Below, one piece after another: positions 24,760 to 38,104 of a DNA stretch of 64,000 nt (position 1 is the first letter of the stretch; every line of letters begins with the position of its first letter). The DNA comes from Podarcis tiliguerta (lineage: Eukaryota): the NCBI GenBank assembly GCA_965153285.1, contig OZ229111.1; one strand, given 5' to 3'. A program made the position numbers and the translations under genes. Under the pieces are notes generated by a model, which was not told the origin of the DNA, did not search any database, and saw only the letters and a program-made list of their open reading frames with translations.

Positions 24760-26092
24760 GTTAGAGAGTAGCATCAGAGGTGGCTTGCCTCTGAAGATTA
24801 GTTCCTGGAAATCACATCTGGAGAGAGCATGGTAACTTGCATGGAGAATTCACACAGGCATCTGGCAGCCCATTGTGAGAACATGTTGCTGGATTAGATG
24901 GGCCACTTTTCTGATCCAGCAGGGCTCTTCATATATGTTCTTATGACAACAAACTTTCCTCCCAATGAATGTCCTTAAGTTACCTTAGGATCTAAGACTG
25001 GCTGTGGACAATTTCTGCTGGCCCAGAAGTCCCTGCCTCCCATGTCCAACTAATTGGTCAACCCTCTGGAGAGTTTTTTTCAGGGGTCAGAAGCAACTGC
25101 AGGTGAGCAGAAACCTTCCTTACACGAATTGCCATAATTTAACTTTGTCCTGCAATCCACGCCACAGCAACCCGCCTGTTCGCCCCAAGGCGCCTCTTTT
25201 TTCCTCAGATCCTAGAAAGCCAGAGATGACTTACATTAAAAAATATTTTTGATGGCAGAAAGCTTCTAAATATCTTTTTCTTTGAACGAGTAACACTTTG
25301 GTCTCCCTCAGTGGTAGAAACCCAGAATCTTTCAGTGGCAATCTGGTATCCCTTTATTATTACATGTGCATACCATTGAGACCTCTCTGTTGTATAACCT
25401 TTTATCGTTTTGTAACCATTCCAATATTTGAGTTGGAGGGTTGCACATCACTTGGACTGAGAAGAAGGGATTGATTTGTCTTCCTGCAGCCTGAAATCTC
25501 AAGTCAGTACTTTTCTTTTGTAACATTATCATACTGCAGTTGTCACACTCATGAGTCAGAAAGTTGTAAGTTTCGACAGGGTAAGCTTTATTTCATCTCC
25601 TCTTTGAATTGACAATGTCACTTTAATCTCTGCACAATTCAAGACTCATTTCTCATTGTTGTTTTCCCTGTATGTTGCAGACATAGTATAATATTAATAA
25701 GAAAATACAGCACCTTGCAAACTTATAGCAAACAGGTGGTTTGCTGTAAGTTTGAAGAATCTGGGAATGACAAGTGGTAGCACCAGCAGTAGGTATTTTA
25801 TCCATTGTCTGTAAGTCAACACACATCAGGACTGTTCCACCTGTAAGCTTTTTTACCTGTACATGCAAAAATATGAAGTTTGAATGCAACAAGCAGGTGT
25901 TTGAAAACATGGGTATTGTACAGGTACACTGAGAGGGTCACATAATCAAGTGTACACTCAGGGGCGATGTCAGGCTTGCTGCTGTGCAATGACCTAAACC
26001 ATCATTGCATACAGGCAACTGCCCATTTACATGGGGGTTAGGCACTGCACACTGGGAACACTATTGAAAAAGCCTTCAAACACCCTCTAAAC

Positions 26093-26230
26093 CAGGCATA
26101 GGGCAAACTCGGCCCTCCAGATGTTTTCTGGCCTACAACTCCCATCATCCCTAGTTAACAGGACCAGTGGTCAGGGATGATGGGAACTGTAGTCCCAAAA
26201 CATCTGGAGGGCCAAGTTTGCCTAAGCCTG
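26093..26230. mobile_element. Palindromic hAT-type MITE, 138 bp
   Basis: CAGGC...GCCTG termini, perfect 8-bp TSD CTCTAAAC, long inverted arms. Confidence 0.92.
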
Positions 26231-26865
26231 CTCTAAACCTCTGGAAACCCTTGAAAAAACCCTTATGAAAAACAAAGATCAAGCAAACTCCAACACCACT
26301 GCTGACTTTAAAGCTCTTTGCTCAAACCCCAGCTATCCACAGGCCCCAACGGTTGGTGCAAGGGCTCCTGGGATTGCACTTGCTAAGGTTCATGGGATTT
26401 CATGTGATCTTTGCCCTTTCTTCACTTTTTTAGGGCTCTTTTTACTCCTTTCCCAGTCACTTCCAAGTTCACAGGGATCCGCAATCGCGCACGTATTGAA
26501 CAGGTATAAAATGGTTGTTGCCTGTACTATGTTGTAGCTCCATATTTGGAGCCCATGAAATTCTTTTTGTAAAAACAGCTGTGGCACAGAATGGACAGGA
26601 GGAAGGACCTAACACTTTCCCCAACAAAATAGCCCTGATCCAGGCAGCCCCCCCCCCTACAAGCTGCTGTTAGCCATGGAGTACGAAACTTGCAGGATCA
26701 AAAAATAAATAAAAAAATTAGTCATCACCCAAAGTTTGAGACACTGGACATTTTCCTCATAACAGCACCAGCACTGAGCAAACCAAATCACACATTAAAT
26801 GGAACATCAGGCTCTGATGAGTTCTGTTGCCCCTTGGTACCCGTGAAACAGTTCTTGGCTTTAAG

Positions 26866-27131
26866 GAAGAAGAGGAGGAGGAGGAGGAGGAGGAGGAGTT
26901 TGGATTTGATATCCCGCCTTTCACTCCCTTTAAGGAGTCTTAAAGCGGCTAACATTCTCCTTTCCCTTCCTTCCCCAAAACAAACACTCTGTGAGGTGAA
27001 TGGGGCTGAGAGACTTCAAGGAAGTGTGACTGGCCCAAGGTCACCCAGCAGCTGCATGTGGAGGAGCGGAGACACAAACCCGGTTCCCCAGATTACAAGA
27101 CTACTGCTCTCAACCACTACACCACACTGGC
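26866..27131 (-). mobile_element. Squam3-type tRNA-derived SINE
   Basis: Reverse complement starts GCCAGTGTGGTGTAGTGGTTGAGAGC; matches 44249-44486; (CCT/CTT)n tail. Confidence 0.85.
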
Positions 27132-28058
27132 TCTCAATCTGGAAACGGCACAGGGTTTTGCCACTTCCTCCGTCAAATGCACAAAAACTATTGTGCTTCC
27201 TCACATCCCTATGATCAGTACCAACAGTAGAATGAAACTGTATGTTTCAATGGGATTGGTTTATTGCATCCTTGAATTGTGGATGTCTATATTTCAATGC
27301 TTGTGCAACTGGTTTTTATACTCGGAACTCACTTTGAACCCTAACTGTGGCACCAAGCAGTATATTAATTAACTGATTAGTAGCAACAGCAGCAGCAGAA
27401 GCAATGGTGGTAGCAGCAGGAATTGCCCTTCCTCAAATAATGCTATTTCATTCCACCCAACCTCTGACCTGGCACAAAATCTAATTGGTTTCGCTCTTGT
27501 TTGTTTCAAGTCATTATCAGATCTCTGAAAGCCAACAGTGGACCCACTGAATATGGGAAGGATGGCAAGCACCAGAGAAGGCTGCACAAAAACCATCTGC
27601 TCACTTTTGTCTTTAGTGTTCCTGTAATGAGATAACCCGAAACATGGAATGCCAAGCAGGAAAGGTCCACAGGCAACTTAAAAAATAATTTTAAAAAGCT
27701 ATTACCTCACAGCGATTACTTCAACATTAGTTATCTCTTTACGGGCATCAGATCCCATTTATTAACGGATCAGTCATCCTCTGTAGCTAGCAATTTGCAT
27801 ACCCAGTCTGCAAGCTGCTGTGGGGGTCAATGGACAAGAACTACATGAATAAATCAATCCCGAAAAAGGGAAATTAACATCCAGCGTATCTCAATTTAAT
27901 AAGCAGGCTGGGGGAACCGGGAGGAAAGGTTTCCAAGGAGTCAGAAGTGGAGCAAGGGCCCCAGGGCCACGCAGCTGAGCTGGGATTTCAAACCAGGTGA
28001 CTGAAGCCTTTGACTAGAACTTTATTCACTGCACAATTTACAAGGCTCAACCTGTTAT

Positions 28059-28331
28059 AAGGTAAAGGTAAAGGGACCCCTGACCATTAGGTCCAGTCGT
28101 GGCCGACTCTGGGGTTGCGGCGCTCATCTCGCTTTATTGGCCAAGGGAGCCGGCGTACAGCTCATGTCATGTGGCCAGCATGACTAAGCCGCTTCTGGCG
28201 AACCAGAGCAGCACATGGAAATGCCATTTACCTTCCCGCCGGAGCGATACCTATTTATCTACTTGCACTTGATGTGCTTTCGAACTGCTGGGTTGGCAGG
28301 AGCAGGGACCGAGCAACGGGAGCTCACCCCG
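28059..28331 (-). mobile_element. Sauria SINE, subfamily C, 5'-truncated
   Basis: (AAAGGT)n tail and core present; head missing. Confidence 0.9.
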
Positions 28332-28675
28332 CTCTAAATATTGTGGTGCCCTGGCATCTCCACCCTTGCAGTTACTACCTGATCAGAGGGGGAAAGCCTG
28401 ATTTTCTGCCTTGCCTTTAACAGCAGACACTGGAGAGGAATCCTGCCCCCCCCCCACATCACATGCTTTGCACATTAATTGGGCTCCACATGATTAAGGG
28501 GTAGTGGGGCTGTGCTTCAAAAAAAAAAAGGGGGGGAGAAAAAGGCCTATCTCCCAGCTCCTGCCATCCATATGCTGAGCGTGGATATCTCAAGAGCCGC
28601 TTCCCGGTGATCTGGAACTCTACTAGACTGTGCAACACAAGCGTGGGAAATCTGTGGCCCTCCTGACATTTCAGA

Positions 28676-28824
28676 GAATCATAGAATTTTAGAGTTGGAA
28701 GGGACCCTGAGCATCATCTAGTCCAACCCCCTGCAATGCAGGAATTTGCAGCTGTCCCATACGGGGATCAAACCTGCAACCTTGGCATTATCAGCACCAC
28801 ACTCTAACCAACTGAGCTATCCAG
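28676..28824 (-). mobile_element. tRNA-Ile-derived SINE with CR1 tail
   Basis: Reverse complement TAGCTCAGTTGGTTAGAGTGTGGTGCTGATAATGCCAAGG...; appears inserted in an old hAT MITE. Confidence 0.9.
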
Positions 28825-28933
28825 GCATCAACTGCTTGGCTATGATACCTATCATCCCTGAGGCTGATGGAAGTTGTAGTCCAACAACAGGTTAGCTGCG
28901 CATGGTGTAGAGCTCTAAGCATCCCCTCTTCAA

Positions 28934-28967
<34 letters not shown>

Positions 28968-29164
28968 TTATACCCCTTCCATCTGGCTGGGTTTCCCCAG
29001 CCATTCTGGGCAGCTCCCAACAGAATTAAAAGCACAATAAAACATAAAACATAAAAAACCTTCCCAAACTGGGCTGCCTTCAGATGTCTTCTAAAAGTCA
29101 GATAGTTGTTTATTGATCTGACATCCACAGGGTGGGCATCACCACTGAGAAGGCCCTCTGCCTG
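28934..29164 (-). mobile_element. L2 LINE 3' end
   Basis: Antisense INNYLTFRRHLKAA, conserved 3'UTR and (TTA)n tail; matches the 3' part of 30995-31630. Confidence 0.88.
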
Positions 29165-29639
29165 GTTCAGAATCCTCACTTGATGGGGGACACTGGTAGA
29201 GGCCCCAGGAGTTGTATAACACTGCGAGACAGATGGCGGGCCTGCAGGAGGGCTCTGCTTTTTCATAATTGCAAGAAGGCCCTTCAAGTGTTCAAGCTGC
29301 CATTAAAGGCACAAGAACTGGTGGAAATGTACAGTTGGAGAGCATTTCACAAGGGGGTTCTATTTCACCCTTTCCGGGTCCAAAAGAACCTACATGTTGG
29401 CGATTGCTTCATGTCAACTGGACATGTCTAAAACAGTTGCTGCCTGTACATCTAGTCCTTTAGAACAGACTCCTCCCTCCTAGGAACAATGTCAAGCCAC
29501 AGTTTCTGGACTATTTTGTACAATGTTGCCTACCCAAAGTGCAGTGATGGACAACGATAAAGTGGCAGTTTCTGTCATGTGGCTGATCAATCAGTCATCA
29601 GCCTGGATACAGACAAGATACCACACTAAAGAATGAGTA

Positions 29640-29887
29640 CAGTGGTACCTCCGGTTACGAACAGGATCTGTTCTGGAGGCCCGGCCAAATACCAAAAACC
29701 TCGTAACTGGAGGTGCCCTTCTGTGCACACACGAATGTGGCGCGACTGAGCGCTTCTGCGCACACACGCTGTGCACAGAGCGCTTATTGTCCCGCGGCAA
29801 AACCCAGATATATACACGTCCAGGTTTGCTGCGTTCGCAACCCAAAGTTTACGTATCCAGAGGGATACGTAAGCAGAGGTACGACTG
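29640..29887. mobile_element. Tc1/mariner MITE, family 3
   Basis: TA-CAGTGGTACCTCCGGTTACG ... CGTAAGCAGAGGTACGACTG-TA. Confidence 0.8.
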
Positions 29888-30502
29888 TAGTTTCAAAGTT
29901 CTAAATGTATTTTTAAAAGGGGAAACCAAGTTTATGGGGGGGGGAGTATTGCGTGCTAAATTGTTATCTTAAATTTTCACCAACTCTGCATCCAAAACCA
30001 AGGCATCTCTCTCAGTCTCTGCCACTGATCAAAGAGGTCTACTTCTTTTGCAGCTTTGTATTCGTTCTAATAAAGCTGGTCACCCCCTTACCGAGATCTA
30101 TTTTTGACTGCTATTAATGTTCGTAAGCTTTAGCTCTCAAAAGCTCGAAGAAGCAACAAAAAGGCAGACGTCGCCCAACTAGCTGCGTTGCACAAAAGCA
30201 ATTCTGTTGCTTCAGAATATATTTCTGTCCCCAGGTACTACAACCACGACAATTCCCTTGCATCAAATGTCACTAAGATAAGCATCTCTTAATAATAATA
30301 ATAAAACCGCAGCTAATCCAACTAAGACACAGGAGGATGTTATAAAGGTTAATCGGATCTAAGCCACTAGGTCTTCACCCTGCTATTTATTTAGCGACAT
30401 ACTTGGCAAGCTGCACTACCAGGCCCAAATTAAAAGCTGAGGATTGTTCCAGCATCCACTTACTGTTGTACTGAGCAGTTGCACATGCACTCGCTCACTC
30501 AC

Positions 30503-30552
30503 ACAATCTGTTTTCTTGCCAGTAAAGGAAACCTCAGGCAGCCTGGGAGCAT
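30503..30552 (-). CDS. Candidate alternative first exon (MLPGCLRFPLLARKQI, phase 2), possibly non-coding
   Basis: ACCATG start and TGT|GTGAGT donor in TE-free sequence; phase differs from the two better candidates. Confidence 0.25.
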
Positions 30553-30994
30553 GGTGTGTGGTCTCTCGCTTCTCAGATCTTCAAAGCTAGGGATCTGCTG
30601 GCTGCAACACAATGCAGAATAACGCACTGGCAGCAACCTGCGACCCTGCACCCTAAAGTATGGCAACTGACTGCTCACCACTGTTTGTGAGGAAACTGCC
30701 TACTGCATATGCAACAGCAGCTCATTACTTGTTGTACGACCACAGAAAGAGTTCAGCGAGTGAGTGTCAAAGTGCCTTTAAAGAGAGAACGGCCAAACGA
30801 TCAAATCCAATGCATTTCAAAATGTCTCCTACCAAGTCAGGCTATTGGTTCGTCTAGCCAAGGGATGGGGAAAACCTTTTTTGTTCCTTTCTGCTTCACT
30901 TTCCAGAGACCACAAGAGGGGGGTGGGGTGGGGCAGAAGCAAAAGTGGCAAACCAATGTGGATTTAACCTCTGTACAGTTTCTTTGCACCCATA

Positions 30995-31630
30995 CATCCA
31001 TCTGGCACACAGGCTGAGACCCTACCTGCCCGCAGACTGTCTGGTTATCTCCTGCTTGGACTACTTTAATGCGCTCTACATGGGGCGACCTTTGAAGGTG
31101 ACCTGGAAACTGCAACTAAGCCAGAATGCGGTAGCTAGACTGGTGACTGGGAGTGGCTGCCGAGACCATATTACATCGGTCCTGAAAGACATACATTGGC
31201 TTCCAGTACGTTTCTGAGCACAATTCAGAGTGTTGGGGCTGACCTTTAAAGCCCTAAATGGCCTTGGCCCAGTATACCTGAAGGAGCGTCTCCACCCCAA
31301 CTGTTCTGCCCGGACACTGAGGTCCAGCTCCGAGGGCCTTCTGGTGGTTCCCTCATTGCGAGAAGTGAGATTACAGGGAACCAGACAGATGGCTTTCTCA
31401 GTAGTGGCGCCTGCCCTGTGGAAAGCCCTTCCATCAGAGGTCAAGGAAATAAACAACTATCTGACTTTGAGAAGACATCTGAAAGCAGCCCAGTTTGGGG
31501 AAGTTTTTAATGTTTGATGTTTTATCATGTTTTTAATATTTTGTTGGGAGCCACCCTGCGTGGCTGGGGAAACCCAGCCAGATGGGCAGGGAAATAATAC
31601 TAATACTAATACTAATACTAATACTAATAA
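30995..31630 (+). mobile_element. L2 LINE 3' fragment
   Basis: LVISCLDYFNALYMG...LQLSQNAVARLVTG...DHITSVLKDIHWLPV is the L2 ORF2 C-terminal signature; (TAA/TAC)n tail. Confidence 0.93.
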
Positions 31631-31632
31631 TA

Positions 31633-31874
31633 CAGTGGTACCTCGGGTTACATATACTTCAGGTTACAGACGCTTCAGGTTACAGACTCCGCTAACCCAG
31701 AAATAGTATCTCGGGTTAAGAACTTTGCTTCAGGATGAGAACAGAAATTGTGCTCCGGCGGCGCAGCAGCAGCGGGAGGCCCCATTAGCTAAAGTGGTGC
31801 TTCAGGTTAAGAACAGTTTCAGGTTAAGAATGGACCTCTGGAACGAATTAAGTACTTAACCTGAGGTACCACTG
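31633..31874. mobile_element. Tc1/mariner MITE, family 1, intact, inserted in the L2 tail
   Basis: TIRs CAGTGGTACCTC / GAGGTACCACTG with TA TSD. Confidence 0.92.
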
Positions 31875-33085
31875 TAATAATAATAATAATAATAATCTAT
31901 ACTCCTGTGGGAGAGAACTGGCAGATGAGGGACAGATGCTGAAACCATTCTCACATCACTCCTTCCTCGTTATTCCCCTCCCTCTCAAAGCTTATCTAAG
32001 AAAAAACAACAACAGGTGAGAATAGCTAAAAGGGGACAAATAGGGTTGGGAACCCCATGTTTGTTTCACACTGTGCTTTGCCTTGGGTTCCTACCATCTC
32101 TTGTTTTCATGCATCAGCACCATCCACTTAGCTTCACCACCTTTCTTGACAGTTGCCTCTTGCAGCTATAACTGATTTCACACCACTTCTGCCCATTCAA
32201 CCTTCAATCTTGATTGGATTCTTTCTTCTTAATCCCAGAGTGCAGTCATGGCAGCATACATATATTGGTTTTTTACATATCAACAACAACCACACTCTTG
32301 CTTGGTGCGTGAGATGTATGATTGAGCAGTTCACACATTAACATTTCAGGTTTTATATTGGTGCCCAGGCAAATATTTTTATAGCACTTTCTGCGTGGGG
32401 ACCTTTGTCTCTGTTAATCCCCTCGGCAATAGCACAGAGTCAAGAAACTTGCACCCCATTTATAATGAATATGCAAATCTGTTATATCTTTTTCCGACAT
32501 GGTGCAGTTCCATAAGAGTCTTATCTGCTAGAGGAATTGCCCGAAGTTGCTGTACAATTTCTTCCATCACCACATAAACTTTTCATGAAGCTTGCATTCA
32601 AATTTAAAATACACATACACTACCCATTAAGTAAATAACTGAAGGGGTGTTGCAATATATATTATAGACTTCCTGGTGTTCTGCAAGCACAAAATATATG
32701 ATATGGAATATGGGCTTTGGTACAAAAGCCTGGAATCCTGAGAAACTTTAAAAAAAAATTAAAAATGTTTCTAGTCCTGTACAAACTGGGCTGCAGAAAG
32801 CACCTACAGTCATAGAGTTGAATTGCATGCTTGGAGCTATCCAAGGTTCTAGAATTCTAGTCAAGCCCCACTTTTGCCCTGACCAACACTGTCATGCTCA
32901 GGTATCCTGTTTGTCTGTTCACACCAGCAAACTACTCTTTATCATCTGACAATTCCAGAGTTCCCTGCGAATGGGGATTTATTGTTGAATCACTCTGGGA
33001 ATTGTAGCTCTGGGAGGGGTGTAGGAGGTCTCCTGGCAACTCTCAGCACCCTGTATAAACCACAGTTCACAGCAATCTTTGCGGG

Positions 33086-33248
33086 AATCATAGAACCATA
33101 GAATTGTAGAGTTGGAAGGGATCCTAAGGGCCATTTAGTCCAGCCCCCTGCAATGCAGGAATCTAAACTAAAGCATCCGTGACAGATGGCCATCCAACCT
33201 CTGCTTAAAAACCTCCAAGAAAGGAGAGTCCACAACCTCCTGAGGGAG
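33086..33248 (-). mobile_element. CR1 LINE 3' end
   Basis: Antisense [21 protein letters not shown], then the CCTGCATTGCAGGGG tail and octamer repeat. Confidence 0.88.
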
Positions 33249-34392
33249 ACCGCTCCACACACACGCTACCAAACACACACACCCAACCCTATCATCTGTC
33301 ACCAGGTTACTAAAACATTTGCTTGGCTAGTAAGAGTGACAGTGGTTACACAGCAGCAAAATATAGTGCTGTAAAATACAGTTATTCTAGAGTAGTTCCC
33401 AGCCGTTTGGAAATCCTGCTATCATAGCACTGTGCTATTATGGTAAGAACAGATGATTAAAAAAAAGAAAGAAAGGAAATGGAACAGTAATATGCTGCCC
33501 CTGCAGGCATAAGCACTGGCCTTCAAAGACAAGACTGACATTGCTTCGGCTAGCTAGCCAGCTGGCACTGTTCCTATAGAGACAGGACCATCCCCTGGAC
33601 AATAGGCCAGGCATGAGGAATGAGACTTTAAGCACACAGCTGACTTGCATAACAATACGTGGCCAAGATGTGTGTGCAGGATTTCCAGCCAACCTATGCA
33701 CAAGCTTTAAAATTTAATATTGCTTTAATGGACTTGCACGTGGAGGATGCAGTGTGTGCTGAGCAATGCATCGGTTAAAAGAACATGAACGAGCTAGTGT
33801 GGCGGGAGGGGGGGGAGGTTGATGACATATTAATCTGAAATGGAAACACCTATATACTATGCGCCATCAAGACACACACAAAACCTCATTCCCCACACAT
33901 TAAAAACACTGAAAAACCAAGTCAACAAATGGAAGTAATATTATCCAAGTGCAATTTGATTTCAATCACATCTAGCATCATTCACTCCCCCCCCCCCCGC
34001 ACAGACGATCCTTCATGTGGGATTTATTCCCAAGCACTTGAGAGACGGAAGGGAGAGAAGATTCATATATTTTTAACGAGAGTAGAAACTTTTTACAAAC
34101 CAGAGGTGCAGCAAACAAGATGAATTACACAAAGCTGTTTTAACTCAAACCTGACTGGCTGCATCCTTCCTCTAGTGCTTTCCTGCAGGCAAGATGTATT
34201 TTTCCCTACACGCTGTTAAGAAGTAGCTCATGGTTTTTGTCCTATAGGATGTTGCCTGAACCTCCATTAGGAAGAAAGGCCAAAAAGTGCTCATCTTATG
34301 GTGAAATGAGATCATCAGACCTGATGTGATTTAGCTGATCAAAAAGGGGAGGCTGCAAAAGAGCATAGTAAGACTTTGTCTTACAAGAATTA

Positions 34393-34753
34393 GGTAAAGG
34401 TAAAGGTACCCCTGCCCGTACGGGCCAGTCTTGACAGACTCTAGGGTTGTGCACCCACCTCACTCAAGGGGCCGGGGGCCAGCGCTGTCCGGAGACACTT
34501 CCAGGTCACGTGGCCGGCGTGACATCGCTGCTCTGGCGAGCCAGAGCCGCCCACGGAAACGCTGTTTACCTTCCCACTAGTAAGCGGTCCCTATTTATCT
34601 ACTTGCACCCGGGAGTGCTTTCGAACTGCTAGGTTGGCAGGCACTGGGACCGAACAACGGGAGCGCACCCCGCCACGGGGATTCGAACCGCCGACCTTTC
34701 GATCGGCAAGCCCTAGGCACTGAGGCTTTTACCCACAGCGCCACCCGCATCCC
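34393..34753 (-). mobile_element. Sauria SINE, subfamily B
   Basis: Perfect 14-bp TSD TCTTACAAGAATTA. Confidence 0.95.
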
Positions 34754-35187
34754 TCTTACAAGAATTAAGAGGGAACAAATGGGAGACATATTTAGATTAC
34801 AGGTAGGTCATTGCCACAATCCAGAAAGGGATAGAAAGCTATGCACAGAAGCATCTATCCATGTATGTAGACAATGCAAACGCGATGCTGCAAGCACATT
34901 TTGACCTGTATTACATCTTCAGGCCTGACTAAATGCACATGATGATGCACAACCCCTGGGCTGCTGGTGGGGGTCTTCAGCTGCTATTCCATGCTATCTG
35001 CCAGTAATTAGAGCTAAATCAGAGTTCACAAGTATAATAGCAACTGGCTATAAGTGGTTTCATTAATCATAAAGCTAAGAGGTACCAAAGGACACGTGGT
35101 CCATTCTTCAGCATACAACACCAGAGCCCTTTGTGTATTTATCTACCAACTACAGTTTAATTTAGGATCAAACTACACTACAGTACA

Positions 35188-35544
35188 AGGGACGCGGGTG
35201 GCGCTGTGGGTTAAACCACAGAGCCTAGGGCTTGCCGATGAGAAGGTCAGCAGTTCAAATCCCCACGACGGGGTGAGCTCCCATTGCTCGGTCCCTGCTC
35301 CTGCCAACCTAGCAGTTCGAAAGCATGTCAAAGTGCAACTAGATAAATAGGGATCACTCCGGCGGGAAGGTAAATGGCATTTCTGTGCGCTGCTCTGGTT
35401 CGCCAGAAGCGGCTTAGTCATGCTGGCCACATGACCCGGAAGCTGTATGCCGGCTCCCTCGGCCAATAAAGCGAGATGAGCGCCGCAACCCCAGAGTCGG
35501 CCACAACTGGACCTAATGGTCAGGGGTCCCTCTACCTTTACCTT
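35188..35544 (+). mobile_element. Sauria SINE, subfamily C
   Basis: Perfect 14-bp TSD TACACTACAGTACA. Confidence 0.95.
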
Positions 35545-36724
35545 TACACTACAGTACATCCCATAAGCAAACTGCAAGTGAGCAGCAAAACAATTGCTTA
35601 CACACACATAACTCCAGATGACACACACAAACAAAGCAAACCACGAGCTACAGAAGAAAGCAAACCATGCTATTGAAAAGATGGTTTCAGAGTGTCACAA
35701 GATCAACGTTGTGGAGTAGTACCACACAGTCTGACTGGATGTCTCAGTAATCTGCCTCTGAAGTGGTGAAGTTCCGTGCAACCCAGTTTGTGTCATGTGG
35801 CACTACTTGGCTCTGACTCCTTCCCAGATGCCAGTGTAACATCAGCCAGCTGGAATCAAGTCCTGATGGCAATGAACGGCGCTATGCAAGGATTCCTATG
35901 TTGTGCAGCAGAGGGCAATGTGCAAAAGAAATCTCTATTCATGCAATATTTTAAGGGCCATGCACCCAAATTCAATTGTGTGCTACTTCTTCCATGGTAA
36001 TATCTGCCTTCATTGCACATTTTACTAAAAGCGAACAGGGTACTGTAAAAACCTCCGTTATCTGAACCTACATGAACAGCGCTCCCTTTCATTCAAACAT
36101 GGTCTCATCCTAGCCTGCACATATTTACAACCTTTGTAGACAGTATGACAAACATGCAATAAAGGAAACAGTAGGCAGAGTGGAAAAAAGTGCTGGATTT
36201 TCTTGGCCTGCGGCTGGAATATGCAGCTTTTTCAGGAAACCCGTCCTACATACTCCCAGGAAGAAGGAAAAAGAAAAAGCACATTACTAGAGGGAGATAG
36301 CAAGTTCAAACCAGCTTTCCACCAGCTTTCTGAATCATTAAAGAGCATAGCATCACCTTTGCAGGGAGTGTGGAGGAAGTGCTTCAACAAAGCAAACACT
36401 CATTTCCAGCTGAACACCCACAACTTCAGATGATCGACTGTGTCTCGCTTTTGTTGTATTGGACTTATATTATTGTACACCTGGGGTGCCTTTGGATAAA
36501 GGGTGGTTTGGAATTTTTTGTTGTTGAAATAGATGAAAAATCTACATGAAGCAGCTTTTGCTTCTCCTGAAGCAGGTAGAGCTTTGCTTCTTATACTTCC
36601 GGAAACTGAAAAGATGAGGATATTAATTAGACTGCTGGGGAACAGTGACACTTGGCCAGCAACAACCAAGCATCTTCTGCCTCCAGCTATATGTCCTCAC
36701 CAATCACCAGCATATTTTCAAGGC

Positions 36725-36726
<2 letters not shown>

Positions 36727-36764
<38 letters not shown>
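36727..36764. repeat. (GA)n microsatellite
   Basis: About 19 perfect units. Confidence 0.95.
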
Positions 36765-36767
<3 letters not shown>

Positions 36768-37569
36768 CAATCAATATAAAGGAGATTTCTCTTCAACCCC
36801 AAAGCCCAAACCAGAGAAGCCAAAGGGTTAAAGCCGCGTGACAAAGGTCAGCAGCAGTTTGGGGGAGAAGAAAAAAAGAGAAGCATTGTGGCTTTAGATG
36901 GCGCCTCAATGTTTTCCCCGCAAACCCTACTTGAAAAATGCAATACGATGGTGGATTGAGAAGATCGAGAGCCCTACTTAAGCCTCTGGGTCTTTGTCAC
37001 TCACAATAGGCCTCCCTTGACTCATTAATCGTGTGTTCCGTGGACAGAGTGCGTCAAACAGCAGCAGATGATAGTCGCCTCAGCATCGGCCCAGCTGTCA
37101 TCCCCATTCCTCCCAAAGGTACCAGGGCTAGGACTGGGGCAGGTGTTTCTTAACCCTCCCCCACCCCAGCCCCAACAACTCCCTCAGCTCAAGAATACTC
37201 TGTCAGCCTTTCCCCCTGCCTCCAGACCCTCTGCCAGGCCACGCTGACAACTGTAAAAGGGATTAAGATCTGGGGCCTAAATGCAGGCAGCCCACCTCCC
37301 CTCCCATCTGCCCCCACCTCAACCAGACACATCTCCAAACAAACTTTCCCCAGCTTTTCAAGTCCTCACGCCCTACGCATTTCACCTTTCAGGGGAAATA
37401 ATGAGAAGGGGTGGGGAAGCCCTTTTATAATTCCTTCAATATGCTTTGCTTCTTCAATGAGCCTCACCCAAAACTTTCTTTGGGAGTGTGATCTGGTGAC
37501 AGAATGGGCTTAAAAAAAAAATACAGGCAGGGAAGTATCTCTAAAAATAATTGCATTTTAGCAGTTGCT

Positions 37570-37690
37570 GAATCATAGAATTGTAGAGTTGAAAGTCCAA
37601 ACCCCTGCAATGCAGGAATCTTTTGCCCAACGTGGGGCTTGAACCCACGACCCCGAGATTAAGGGCCTCATGCTCTACCGACTGAGCTAC
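37570..37690 (-). mobile_element. tRNA-Lys(CTT)-derived SINE with CR1 tail (internal tail deletion)
   Basis: Reverse complement TAGCTCAGTCGGTAGAGCATGAGGCCCTTAATCTCGGGGTCGTGGGTTCAAGCCCCACGTTGGGC, fused to the CR1 tail. Confidence 0.9.
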
Positions 37691-37953
37691 CAAGGCAGAT
37701 GCGCTGGGAGCTGCCTTGAGGAGTTGGCATAGACAGAGCAATCTGATGGTGGTTGTAGGGGGCGGGGAAGACCTGTCACTTCCTAAGCCTTGCAGGGCTC
37801 ATATGGGCCAGGATGGATGGAGCAGGGGGTTTTATCTGCCTCCCCCTATCTCCTGAAAATGATTTTTTAAAAAATCCTTATGGGTTTTTTTCAATGGGAG
37901 AGAAAACAATCCATTCTGGGGTCCATCTTATATAAATGAGGGGCAGAGCCAAA

Positions 37954-38104
37954 GTCATAGAATCATAGAATTGTAAAGTTGGATCGGACCCTGCATATCA
38001 TCTTGTCCAACCCCCTGCAATGCAGGAATATGCAGCTGTCCCATACAGGGATCGAACCTGCAACCTTGGCATTATCAACATCACGCTCTAACCAACTGAG
38101 CTAT
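37954..38104 (-). mobile_element. tRNA-Ile-derived SINE with CR1 tail
   Basis: Same family as 28676-28824. Confidence 0.88.

Noticed and set aside
26690-27214. 174-aa ORF with poly-Arg
   Set aside because: Reads through the antisense Squam3 SINE and its (GAG)n tail.
37625-37697. Apparent tRNA-Lys(CTT) gene
   Set aside because: 5' acceptor strand is missing and it is fused to a CR1 tail; it is a SINE head.
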